A stretch of 64,000 bases of DNA from Myxococcales bacterium (GCA_021818285.1 JAKAEO010000002.1:13363-77362), one strand, 5' to 3'; positions 9,482 to 18,775 are shown, counted from the first letter of the stretch. Translations and numbers: made by a program. The notes: a model not told the origin generated them from the letters alone.

Positions 9482-10366
9482 GTGAGCGAGTACCAGTACT
9501 ACGAGTTCCTGGCCCTCGACGCGCCGTTGAGCCAGCGCCAGCAGCAGGAGCTGCGCGCGATCTCGTCGCGCGCGACCATCTCTTCCACCCGGTTCGCGAA
9601 CTTCTACACCTTCGGGGACCTCAAGGCCGACCCGGCGAGGCTCGTCGAACGGTATTTCGACGCGCACCTCTACCTTGCGAACTGGGGCACCCACGCACTC
9701 ACCTTTCGGTTCCCGAGCCGCCTTCTCGACCTGAAGACCGCGACCCGCTACTGCCGCAGCCGCGCCGCCTCGGCGCGCGCGAAGGGCGGATACGTCATCC
9801 TGGACTTCGCCTCCGAGGACGAGGAGTCGTCCGACTGGACCGACGAGGGCGACGGAACCGGTCAGGCCGCGGCCCTCTTCCCGGCGCGAGCCCTGATCGC
9901 CTCCGGTGACCGCCGGGCCCTCTACCTCGGCTGGCTCCTCGCGGTCCAGGACGGCGACCTCGCCGATTCCGAGGAGGAACCGCCATGCCCTCCCGGGCTC
10001 CGGGACCTCCCCGCCCCACTTGCGGCGATGGTCGACTTCCTCCGAATCGATCCGGACCTCTTCGTGGCAGCGGCGGCGGGGAGCGCCGATTCCCGCGACC
10101 CGAGCAGGAAGGAGCTCGTTCGGTGGGCGCGGTCGCTGCGGGACTCGGAGCGCGTAGCCCTCCTGGTGGAATTCGTGCAGGGAAGCGACCCGAGCCTTCG
10201 CCTCAAGGCGATGCAGAGCCTTCGAGCCTCGGAGCGGCAGGCGTCGGGCGGCAGCGCCAGGACACGAAGGACTGCTGGCCGCCTTCGCGCAGAGGCCGAG
10301 CGGCGTGGGGAGGCGCGACGGGAGGCGGAAACCAAGCGACCGAGCCGGAAGAGCGCGAGGCGATGA
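9482..10366 (+). CDS. Conserved hypothetical protein (MSEYQYYEFLALDAPL... family)
   Basis: 294 aa. The N-terminal 230 aa look like clean coding sequence; the C-terminal tail is Arg/Glu-rich. Confidence 0.55.
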   Translation: MSEYQYYEFLALDAPLSQRQQQELRAISSRATISSTRFANFYTFGDLKADPARLVERYFDAHLYLANWGTHALTFRFPSRLLDLKTATRYCRSRAASARAKGGYVILDFASEDEESSDWTDEGDGTGQAAALFPARALIASGDRRALYLGWLLAVQDGDLADSEEEPPCPPGLRDLPAPLAAMVDFLRIDPDLFVAAAAGSADSRDPSRKELVRWARSLRDSERVALLVEFVQGSDPSLRLKAMQSLRASERQASGGSARTRRTAGRLRAEAERRGEARREAETKRPSRKSARR

Positions 10367-10389
10367 CAAGCGGCACCAGCGTTTGCCTT

Positions 10390-10403
10390 GGGGGGGGGGG
10401 GGG
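10390..10403. repeat. G14 homopolymer tract in the intergenic region
   Basis: ccttGGGGGGGGGGGGGGccgatc is read directly from the sequence. It is the longest homopolymer in the window. Confidence 0.9.
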
Positions 10404-10475
10404 CCGATCGGTCGGCCTGCGCCATCGTCGCGGGAACTGCTCGGCCCCGTATACGCCAAGCAGACTGCGTTGGCT

Positions 10476-10510
10476 TTCATGACTAGTATAGGTTATCATA
10501 TGGTCATGAA
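10476..10510 (+). promoter_or_regulatory. Candidate vapBC operator: 8-bp perfect inverted repeat TTCATGAC-N19-GTCATGAA in an AT-rich island overlapping the vapB start
   Basis: The inverted repeat is seen directly in the sequence. It lies in the only AT-rich (about 35% GC) 60-bp stretch of the region, immediately 5' of the antitoxin gene. Confidence 0.4.
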
Positions 10511-10766
10511 AAGAGTCGGTATCGCCGATCTCAAGGCGCATCTGAGCGGACACCTGCGGACCGTGAAGAAGGGAGAGACCTTGGTCGTGGTAGATCGGGG
10601 CACGCCGGTGGCCCGGCTCGTGCCAGCGGGGGACCTGCGGGGCGCGGTCGTGACCCGTCCACCGACGCGAGACTTGGCGTCGGTGAGGCGGGTCCTGAAG
10701 GGCCTCCCACCGCTGGCCCTCCCGGTCGACAGCCTCGCGATCCTCCTGGAGGACCGTAAACGGTGA
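10500..10766 (+). CDS. vapB: Type II antitoxin (Phd/YefM/VapB-like)
   Basis: M(V)MKRVGIADLKAHLSGHLRTVKKGETLVVVDRGTPVARLVP.... The stop overlaps the vapC start. Start is either ATG 10500 or ATG 10506. Confidence 0.75.
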   Translation: MVMKRVGIADLKAHLSGHLRTVKKGETLVVVDRGTPVARLVPAGDLRGAVVTRPPTRDLASVRRVLKGLPPLALPVDSLAILLEDRKR

Positions 10767-11197
10767 TCGCGTACATCGATTCGTCGGTCATCCTCCGTCT
10801 GGTCCTGGGCGAGCACGATCCGCTCCGCGAGTGGCCGGACGTGACGCAGGGCGTCACGAGTTCGCTCGCGGAGGTGGAGGTGCTTCGCACGCTCGATCGC
10901 CTGCGGTTCTCGGTTCCGACCCTCGACTCGCGAGCGCTGGCTGGTCGGCGGGAAGCTGCGTTCCGACTCCTGGAAGGGCTCGAGACCGTGGAGATCACGC
11001 GCAGCGTGCTCGCCCGTGCCGCCCAGCCTCTCCCCACGCCGCTCGGGACGCTCGACGCGATCCACCTCGTCTCCGCCATGGGGTGGCGCGAGCAGTTCGA
11101 CGATCTGGTCTTCGCGACCCATGACCTCGCTCTGTCGGCGGCCGCTCGCGCGAGTGGCTTCGATGTCATTGGGACGACTCTGGAGACCGGACGGTAG
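10763..11197 (+). CDS. vapC: PIN-domain ribonuclease toxin VapC
   Basis: MIAYIDSSVILRLVLGE...LDAIHLVSAM.... The acidic residues of the PIN domain are at the expected spacing. There is a 4-bp overlap with the antitoxin gene. Confidence 0.85.
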   Translation: MIAYIDSSVILRLVLGEHDPLREWPDVTQGVTSSLAEVEVLRTLDRLRFSVPTLDSRALAGRREAAFRLLEGLETVEITRSVLARAAQPLPTPLGTLDAIHLVSAMGWREQFDDLVFATHDLALSAAARASGFDVIGTTLETGR

Positions 11198-11281
11198 GTC
11201 CGACGTGGTGCAACTGGTGCAGTCGGCCGTCCCCTACCCTCCCTCGTCGTCCTCGTTCGGCCAGAGATGATCACTCGAGCC

Positions 11282-11374
11282 GGAGTCGTTTCGAGGACTT
11301 GGAACCGCGTCGCCGATGCACACGGATCGTTGTAGTTCACCATTGGCGCGATTCGATTCCCGGCGCCTCCACCA
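11282..11374 (+). other. tRNA-like element or degenerate tRNA pseudogene ending ...GATTCGATTCCCGGCGCCTCCACCA
   Basis: The 3' end looks like a T-loop/acceptor/CCA. A possible 5' acceptor GGAGTCG lies about 93 nt upstream with one mismatch. The D and anticodon arms cannot be folded convincingly by eye. Confidence 0.25.
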
Positions 11375-11623
11375 CCTGACTACCGGACCTCACTCGGCTC
11401 GCTACCGCCGGGTGGGGTCGTCTCCAAACCGTTTCCAAACCGGGAGACGGGTCCGCCGTCCTGCTCGTCGTCGGCCGACCGGCGCGGTGGATCTCGAGGC
11501 CTTCCGGATGCGCGCTCGGGCGGCGTGGGCGGCATCCGGAGCGAGAAAGCCGTTCGATCGGGGCCCGGCGTAGCTACCCGAACGTTCCACCCCGGTCGTG
11601 CGCTCGCCCGCTAAGAGGGCAGA

Positions 11624-12616
11624 ATGGACCCCTCCCGCGAAGGTGGCCTCCTGGCCTGGCAGTTCGAGAACTACCCCAAGGGCCACCGAAACCGGCGCAA
11701 CCTGGCGCTGCATGCCGCAACGGCTCCGCTCTTCATCGCGGGAACCTGCGCCGTCGTCCTGGCGCCGTTCGCAAGCACCTGGTTCTTGGCCTTCGCGGTG
11801 CCCGCGGTCGTGCTGCCCCTGGTCGTCCAGGGGCGCGGCCACCGCCTGGAGGCCAACCCTCCCTCGCCGTTCCAGGGCCCCGGCGATTTCGCCGCGCGGC
11901 TCTTCGTCGAGCAGTGGGTGACCTTCCCACGCTACGTCTCGAGTGGAGGCTTCGCTCGTGCGTGGCGCGAGGCCGGGGCCGGATCGCCTCTGGAGCGTTC
12001 GCAGGTCACGTCGAGCGCCCCGCCCGCGTCTGCATCGCCCGCCGTCGAGTCCGCTCAGCGCCGCACCGTCATCGTTCCGGCCGTGAAGGTCCGCGCCGTG
12101 CCCGTCCCCGATGGCGGCCTTGCCGCGGCGACGTTCCCCAACGTCGACTACGCCGACGCCTACGCGGTCGGCCTTCCGCCGGGCGTCACCGCGCGCACGT
12201 TCACGGACGCCGTGTTCGCGTCGTCGCCGCGCTGGGTCACCGCGCTGCTGGCGCTGCGGAACGCCCTCGTCCGGCCGCTGGGGCTCATCGCCACGCGCTC
12301 TCCGCTCGAACGCGCCGCCGCTCCGGATGATGGCGGTGCGCGCATCGGCATCTTCCCAGTGCTCGCCGAGGCCGGAGACGAGGTCTTGCTCGGCCTCGAC
12401 GACCGGCACCTCGACTTCCGCCTCTCCGTTCGCGTGGTCGACGACGGCCGCGAGCGGCTCGGCGTGGTTGCCACGCTCGTGCGGTTCCACGGCCTGCTCG
12501 GCCGCGCGTACTTCGTGCCGGTCCGGCCCGCGCACCGGCTCATCGTGCCGGCGATGCTCCGCCACGGGGCGAGGAGCCTCGCCGCCGCTCGTCCGGTGCA
12601 CGCGGACGCCGGATGA
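11624..12616 (+). CDS. Membrane protein, DUF962 (Mpo1-like) N-terminal domain fused to a DUF2867-like C-terminal domain
   Basis: The N-terminus has WQFENYPKGHRNRRNLALH followed by transmembrane helices. The C-terminal half matches DUF2867-like sequence (VDYADAYAV...FPVLAEAGDEVLLG). Confidence 0.65.
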   Translation: MDPSREGGLLAWQFENYPKGHRNRRNLALHAATAPLFIAGTCAVVLAPFASTWFLAFAVPAVVLPLVVQGRGHRLEANPPSPFQGPGDFAARLFVEQWVTFPRYVSSGGFARAWREAGAGSPLERSQVTSSAPPASASPAVESAQRRTVIVPAVKVRAVPVPDGGLAAATFPNVDYADAYAVGLPPGVTARTFTDAVFASSPRWVTALLALRNALVRPLGLIATRSPLERAAAPDDGGARIGIFPVLAEAGDEVLLGLDDRHLDFRLSVRVVDDGRERLGVVATLVRFHGLLGRAYFVPVRPAHRLIVPAMLRHGARSLAAARPVHADAG

Positions 12617-12664
12617 ACCCGGCGCCACACCCTGGACTCACCTGCACCTGGACGGAGCTGGGCT

Positions 12665-12907
12665 TCAGGAACCACGCGTCTGCTTCCAGGTCTCGAACCG
12701 GCGCAGCAACTCGTCCTCGAGCTCCGGGGGGATCTCGGGGGGCGGGAGCTCCCCGAGCGCCGCCGCCGTGGCCTTCACCTGCCGCACGTACCGGCGGCAA
12801 TTGCGGCACATCCCGATGTGCAGCTGGAACCGCAGCCGATCCACGAGCGAGAGGTTCCCCTCCGCGTAGTCGGTGACGAGCTCCGTGATCTGCCGGCACG
12901 TCAGCAT
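12665..12907 (-). CDS. Zinc-finger (zf-HC2) anti-sigma factor
   Basis: MLTCRQITELVTDYAEGNLS...HIGMCRNCRRYVRQ. Its start overlaps the stop of the ECF sigma gene (ATGA). Confidence 0.8.
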   Translation of the reverse strand: MLTCRQITELVTDYAEGNLSLVDRLRFQLHIGMCRNCRRYVRQVKATAAALGELPPPEIPPELEDELLRRFETWKQTRGS

Positions 12908-13563
12908 CAGGGTCCGCCTCGCATGTGCTCCTCGAGGGCCTGCCGGACGCGCGCCCGCGCCCGATGGAGCAGCACCCTCTGGTTCGTCACCGTCAGACCG
13001 AGAAGATTACAGATCTCCTCCGTCTCGAGGCCATCCTCGTCCCGGAGGACGAGCACGGCGCGCTGGGCCGGCGGCAGCGCCTGGACGGCCGCCTCCATGA
13101 CGGCCCGGGTCTCGGCCGCGAGCGCGAGCCGCTCCGGGGTCTCGTCGGTCCACTCCGCGGGGGGGGCGCGCCACCTCCCCCCGGCGTCGAACCGGTCCGG
13201 GGCGACGGCGTGCTCGTCGCCTTCCCGCTCGGCGAGCGCCGAGAACGGCACGGTCCGGCCTTCCCGGACCGCGCGGGTCCGGGCCCGGTTCGCGAGGATC
13301 CGGTAGAGCCAGGTCTTGAACGAGGCACGACCCTCGAAGGCGCCGATCCCCTCGAGGACGGCCATCCAGGTGTCCTGCACGACCTCCTCGGCGACCGAGC
13401 TCTCCCGGACGAACAGCCGGGCCAACCGGAGCAGCGCGCCGCCGTGCCGCCGCACGAGCCCGGCGAACGCGTCCCGATCGCCGCCCTGGACGCGCGAGAC
13501 GAGGTTGGCGTCGTCCGCCCCTGCCCACGGGGTCGCGGCGTCACTGACGGTCGCGCTTCGCAT
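12907..13563 (-). CDS. ECF (sigma-70 family, group IV) RNA polymerase sigma factor
   Basis: Region 2 (FAGLVRRHGGALLRLARLFV...VQDTWMAV) and region 4 (QRAVLVLRDEDGLETEEICNLLGLTVTNQRVLLHRAR) are both present. An alternative start lies at 13605. Confidence 0.85.
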   Translation of the reverse strand: MRSATVSDAATPWAGADDANLVSRVQGGDRDAFAGLVRRHGGALLRLARLFVRESSVAEEVVQDTWMAVLEGIGAFEGRASFKTWLYRILANRARTRAVREGRTVPFSALAEREGDEHAVAPDRFDAGGRWRAPPAEWTDETPERLALAAETRAVMEAAVQALPPAQRAVLVLRDEDGLETEEICNLLGLTVTNQRVLLHRARARVRQALEEHMRGGP

Positions 13564-13806
13564 CCGAGGCGCCCGATGTTGTCCGGTTTTGCCCGGCACT
13601 TCCACCGAGAATCCGTCTGACCCGGCCGTGGGTCGCTCCGGGCTCTGCTGGTCCCGCGCGGGTACGTCCCTGCGGGGAAGTAATCAATCGCCTGGTCGCG
13701 AGACAACAGCTCGAGCCCGGGCGTCTGGGCACGCTCGGGGCAGGGTTCGAGGCGCGCTTGCACGCCTCTGAAGGGCACTCGCCGCTCGAGACAGGGAAGG
13801 ACGCAC

Positions 13807-14472
13807 ATGCTTCGCTTCGGAAACAGGGTGTGGCGCTCGCTGGCCGGGGTCGCTCTCGCGGCATCACTCGCGTGGTTCGGGAGCGCTCGAGCGGCGGAGC
13901 CCATCAAGCTCGACTTCGTCACACACGCGAGCTTCTTCTCGCGGGAGACCAAGCAGCCGCACCCGCTCGATCCGCAGGTGTTCGTGCGCGACGGCGCCGC
14001 CCCCGCGGCGCTCGGCCCCCAGGGGATCGAGCACGCGGCCGGGTTCCGCCCGCTCCTCCTCGGCGACGCACCGGGCACGATGCTGCACTCGGCGAAGGGG
14101 ACGCCGCTCGGATTCACGGCGGGGGAATGGCTCGGCGCGACCGGCCGCGTGACCATCACGCCCGACGCGAAGGGTGGTGCCACGATCCGTGCGCGCTTCG
14201 AGGGCCTGCGGCCGGGTGGCACGTACAGCCTGTTCGAGAACCACTTCGACACCAGGCCCATCGGCTTCACGCCCCTGGACGGGAAGGGAACGCGCAATTC
14301 GTTCCATGCCAAGCGGAACGGTTCGGCCTCCGTGACCGTTCGCAGCCCGGACGTGCCCACTGGCGTGAACGCCCTCCTGCTCGTCTACCACAGCGACGGC
14401 AAGAGCCACGGCGAGTCACGCGGCCAGATCGGCGTGAACGCGCATCACCAGCTGATCGCGAAGGTTCCGTGA
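13807..14472 (+). CDS. Secreted hypothetical protein with signal peptide, divergent from the ECF sigma operon
   Basis: MLRFGNRVWRSLAGVALAASLAWFGSARA|AEP.... 221 aa, clean composition. Confidence 0.65.
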   Translation: MLRFGNRVWRSLAGVALAASLAWFGSARAAEPIKLDFVTHASFFSRETKQPHPLDPQVFVRDGAAPAALGPQGIEHAAGFRPLLLGDAPGTMLHSAKGTPLGFTAGEWLGATGRVTITPDAKGGATIRARFEGLRPGGTYSLFENHFDTRPIGFTPLDGKGTRNSFHAKRNGSASVTVRSPDVPTGVNALLLVYHSDGKSHGESRGQIGVNAHHQLIAKVP

Positions 14473-14696
14473 CGCCAACCGCCGGGCTCGCCGGGGCGGT
14501 GACCTCTGCCCTGGAAGCTGGACCGAAACGGGGTCGAGGATCCTGCTTCCCCGGGGTCTCTGAAGAGAGGGGCCGGGGAAGGGTCAGCCTCGCCTCGGGT
14601 GTGCCGGGCTGCGTGACGTCACCGGGGGGAGACCGATGAGCGAAGCGCAATCCCCAGGGCCCGCGCCTCCTCCGAGGCCGCGCGTGGAGCGAAGGT

Positions 14697-14969
14697 GTGG
14701 TGCGCATCCAGCGCGAGGCGGGGCACCGGACGGTCGAAGACGGTCCCTACCGCCGGATCCGCCACCCCGGGTACCTGGGGCTCGTGCCGTGGGCGCTCGC
14801 GACCCCACTTCTCCTCGGCTCTTCCTGGGCGTTCTTCCCGGCGCTGGCGACGACGGCCTGGGTCGTCGTGCGAACGGCGCTCGAGGACGCGGCCCTGCGC
14901 CGGGAACCCAGCGGTGCTGGCCCGGTCCCCGCGACCTACGGCAGCGGGTTGGCCAGGAGCCACGAGTAG
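14697..14969 (+). pseudogene. C-terminal remnant of an isoprenylcysteine carboxyl methyltransferase (ICMT/PEMT-like) family protein
   Basis: GPYRRIRHPGYLG is the conserved C-terminal motif. There is an in-frame stop at 14637 and no upstream start or transmembrane region, so only about 90 aa remain. Confidence 0.45.
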
Positions 14970-16653
14970 ACGTCCATCCCCAGCGCGCCGTTGAAGACCT
15001 GCCAGGCGATGCCGTGGCCGGCCCCGGGGACGAGCGTGTAGTCGACCGCGCGGCGGGGCGGCGAGGGACAGGCCGCGAGATCGACCATGACCGCCTGCTC
15101 CGGGGCGTAGGGAACGTTCGGATCGGTGTCGCCGTGGATGGCCCAGATCGCGGTGTTGCCCAGGGCGCAATGGGCGCGGTCCCACTCCATCCCCGGGGAG
15201 CCGGCGACCAGGACCTCGGCGGCCACCACGCCGTCGCCGTTATACCAGCCCGTGTAGCTCCACCCTCCGTACGCGCCGCAGGAGTAGCCGGTGAGGTACA
15301 CCCGCTTCGGGTCCACGGTGTACTGGCCGACGGCCCAGGCCAGGAAGTCCCGGATCTCGCCGGCGTTGAAGCAGTCCGTGGTCAGCGCGTGGTGCTGCGG
15401 AGCGAGGACGATGAACGGGCGGGCCGCGGGCCACTCGCCGGCCGCGACCAGGGCGGGCAACTGGCCCCAGCTCACCCTCGAGAGCTCGCCGGCCCCGTTC
15501 CCCTCCGCGCCGCTCCCGTGCAGATCCACCAGCAAGGGGCGGGGCGTCCCGTCCCCGTACCCTGGCGGGAGGTACTCCAGGTAGCCGTTGGGTGCGCCCG
15601 CCGTGCCGATGGGCCTGGCGGCGAGGGGGCTCACCCGGACCAGCGAGCGCGCCGTCTTCGAGCCGAACGTCGCCACCACCCACGCCTCCTCGAGGGGGCC
15701 GGGGGCGGACGGCGGCGTGTAGGTGACCACGGCGCCGTGCGTGCTCGAGAGCGTGCCCAGCGCGGGGGTCAGCGACCAGTCCGCCTCGACCGGCGCGCCG
15801 CCCTGCTGCGCCCAGAGGGTCCAGGCGCTCGGCCAGCGCATCGCGGTCAGCCGGACGGGGAACACCTCGAGCGACGACTCGCCGACGTCGCGAAGGACGG
15901 CCAGGGGATAGGCGGCGCCCAGCGCCGGGAAGGCACCCGCGGTATGGGGCGGATCCCAGTACACCCGCTGGTTCAGGACGACGACGTCCGGCCGGCCGTC
16001 GCCGTCCAGGTCGGCGACCGCCAGTGCGTGCGGAGCCATCACGCCCGCGCGGTGGGTGGTCGCCGCCGCGAACGTGCCGTGCCCGGTGGCCGGGTAGACG
16101 ATGAGGTCGTCGTCGGCCGCGTTGGCGACGATGAGGTCCGGCCAGCCGTTCCCGTCGAGGTCGGCGACCGCGACCGCCGATGAGGTCACGCCGGCGACGC
16201 GGTAGGTGGGCGCGCCGAAGGTCCCGTCGCCCCTGCCCGCGAGCACGGCCACGCTGGCGTCCACGCGGTGGGCGACCACCGCGTCGAGCTTCCCGTCGCC
16301 GTCGACGTCAGCCAGCGCCAGCCGCCAGGCCCCGGCTCCGGTCGGGACCACCGCGCCGGCCGCGAACGCGCCGCCTCCGGCTCCCCGGAGGACGCGGATC
16401 CCGCCGGAGTCGTGCTCGGCGACCACCAGGTCGACTTTCCCGTCGCCGTCGAGATCCCCCGCGGCCACGGCCGCGGGGTGCGCGCCGACGGCGACGTCCG
16501 CCCTCGGCTGGAAGGTGCCGTCGCCGTTCCCGCGCAGGACGCTAACCGTGCCGGCAGTCCAGTTGGCCGTGACCAGGTCCAACCATCCGTCCCCGTCGAC
16601 GTCCCGAGAATTGCGGCGGCGAGCACTACCAGGCATCCGTCGAGGCGCGCCAT
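14936..16653 (-). CDS. FG-GAP/VCBS-repeat protein with C-terminal esterase/PHB-depolymerase-like domain; apparent frameshift just after the signal peptide
   Basis: There are repeated DxDGDGxxD (FG-GAP) motifs and a C-terminal alpha/beta-hydrolase-like region. A GGAGG RBS, an ATG at 16653 and the signal peptide MARLDGCLVVLAAAILG are in one frame; the FG-GAP body is in another, with the switch near 16600-16615. Confidence 0.6.
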
Positions 16654-16869
16654 GATCGCTCCTCCCCTGGAGCGGGCCCGGCCCGCGCGTGCCTGGCCTT
16701 GCCCGCGTGTCCGGCGAGGTCCTCGGCGAGCCAGCATCCGACCCTGCGAGTGTGCGACCCGGCGTCGAGCAGGCAAATGCGGTCCCGCGCCGCATGCCCG
16801 GAGGGAGCGCGCGCCACCCGGACCATGCCGCACCCGAAGTGGACGTGGGCGGCGCGTCAGGCCCGAGTG

Positions 16870-17265
16870 CTACCGCCGCGCCGCCGACTCGTTCAGGGCG
16901 ACGGCCGCGCGGACCAGGGCCTTCAGCGCCGCCTCGTCGATGGTCTCGCCCTCGCGGATGTCGATGGCGCGCCGGGCGTTGCCCTCGAGGCTGGAGTTGA
17001 AGAGCCGCGCCGGATCCTTCAGCGAGGCGCCCTTGAAGAAGGTCATCTTCACGACGCTCTTGTAGGTCTCACCGGTGCAGATGATCCCGCCGTGGGACCA
17101 CACCGGGACGCCCCTCCACTTCCACTCCTCGACCACCTCGGGATCGGCCTGCCGGACGAGCGCGCGCAGCCGGGCGAGCGTCTCGCCCCGCCAGTCGCCC
17201 AGCTCCTCGATCCTCGCGTCGATCAGCTCCGAGGGAGAACCGCCCTTCGCACGGCCCTTCTTCAT
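16870..17265 (-). CDS. DUF1801 (YdhG-like) domain protein
   Basis: MKKGRAKGGSPSELIDARIEELGDWRGETLARLRALV..., 131 aa. Confidence 0.75.
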   Translation of the reverse strand: MKKGRAKGGSPSELIDARIEELGDWRGETLARLRALVRQADPEVVEEWKWRGVPVWSHGGIICTGETYKSVVKMTFFKGASLKDPARLFNSSLEGNARRAIDIREGETIDEAALKALVRAAVALNESAARR

Positions 17266-17415
17266 GGCGCCTCCGCGTCCTCCGCGCGCCCATGTGTCCC
17301 GCCCGGCCGCGCGGCCGCAAGCCCAGGCCCCTCCTGAGGGTACGCGCAGGCCGGACCGGACCCGAAAGGAGTCCGGGCGGCGAACCGGGCCCCGGCGCCG
17401 GGCCCGGCGTGGCCG

Positions 17416-18729
17416 TCAAGCCGCCCGTTCGGGAGCGGCCGCCGCGCTCTCCGCCGGCCGTGGCGCGCGCCTCGCGAGGACGAGCGTCACCGCGGCCGAG
17501 ACCACGAGGAGCGCGGCGACGAAGTAGAGGCCGCCGGCGAAGCTCCCGGTCCGCAGCTTGATCCAGCCGATCATCGCGGGGCCGACGAACCCGCCCAGGT
17601 TGCCGATGGAGTTGATGGTCGCGATGCCGGCGGCGGCGGCGGGGCCGGAGAGGAAGAGCGTGGGCATCGACCAGAGCGGCGGCTTGGCCGCGCTGATGCC
17701 GATGTTGACGAAGGTGAGGGCGAGGATCACGGCCGCGAGGCTCGCCCCCGACCTGCCGGCCATGACCAGCCCCGCCGAGGCCAGGAGGCAGGCCCAGACC
17801 ACGTGCCAGGAGCGCTCCCCGGTCCGGTCCGAGTTCCGCGCCCAGAGCACCATGGCCACGACCGAGACGGTGGGCGGGACCATGTTGAGGAAGCCGACGG
17901 TCATCGAGCTCACGCCGAGCTGCTTGATGATCTGGGGCGCCCAGATGCCCAGGGTGTACAGGCCCGCCGAGGTGCCGAAGTAGACCAGGGACAGCGCCAG
18001 GACCCGCGGGTCGAACAGGCCGCGCCACGGCGAGTGCCTGGCGTGCCCCGACCGCGCCGCCACCTCGGCGTCCATGGTCGCGACCAGCCATCCCCGCTCC
18101 TCCTCCGGGAGCCACCGCGCCTCGGCGGGGCGGTCGGTCATGAAGAAGAAGGTGACGAACCCCAGGATCACGGCCGGGATCGCCTCGATCACGAACAGCC
18201 ACTGCCAGCCGGTGAGCCCGAGGACGCCGTGCATCTCGAGCAGCGCCGCCGAGACGGGGGAGCCGAGCGCGGTGGAGACGGGCGCCGCGGCCATGAACAG
18301 CGCGGTGACGGCGGCGCGGTGGCGGGCCGGGAACCAGTAGCTGAGGTAGAGGATGATGCCCGGGAAGAAGCCGGCCTCGGCGGCCCCGAGCAGGAAGCGC
18401 AGCGCGTAGAAGCTCGCCGGTCCGCGCACGAACGCCATCGCCCCGGAGATCACGCCCCACGTCACCATGACGCGGGCGATCCAGAGCCGCGCGCCCACCT
18501 TCTCGAGGATGAGGTTCGACGGCACCTCGAAGAGGAAGTAGCCGAGGAAGAAGATCCCGGCGCCGAACCCGTACGCGGAGGGCGACAGGCCGATGTCCCT
18601 GTTCATCGTCAGCGCGGCGAAGCCGATGTTCACCCGGTCGATGAAGGCGATGAAGTACAGCAGCATGACGAACGGGACGATGCGCCAGGTGATCCGGCGC
18701 AGGGTGCGCTGCTCGAGGGACGCGTCCAT
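17416..18729 (-). CDS. ttuB: MFS transporter, anion:cation symporter (TtuB/tartrate-permease-like)
   Basis: 437 aa with 12 predicted transmembrane segments and MFS signatures (FIDRVNIGFAAL..., GYFLFEVPSN). It is co-oriented directly downstream of ttdAB. Confidence 0.8.
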   Translation of the reverse strand: MDASLEQRTLRRITWRIVPFVMLLYFIAFIDRVNIGFAALTMNRDIGLSPSAYGFGAGIFFLGYFLFEVPSNLILEKVGARLWIARVMVTWGVISGAMAFVRGPASFYALRFLLGAAEAGFFPGIILYLSYWFPARHRAAVTALFMAAAPVSTALGSPVSAALLEMHGVLGLTGWQWLFVIEAIPAVILGFVTFFFMTDRPAEARWLPEEERGWLVATMDAEVAARSGHARHSPWRGLFDPRVLALSLVYFGTSAGLYTLGIWAPQIIKQLGVSSMTVGFLNMVPPTVSVVAMVLWARNSDRTGERSWHVVWACLLASAGLVMAGRSGASLAAVILALTFVNIGISAAKPPLWSMPTLFLSGPAAAAGIATINSIGNLGGFVGPAMIGWIKLRTGSFAGGLYFVAALLVVSAAVTLVLARRAPRPAESAAAAPERAA

Positions 18730-18775
18730 GGCACGACCTCCCGTTTCGCGGAGCGAGGGGGCTTCCGAAGCTCGG

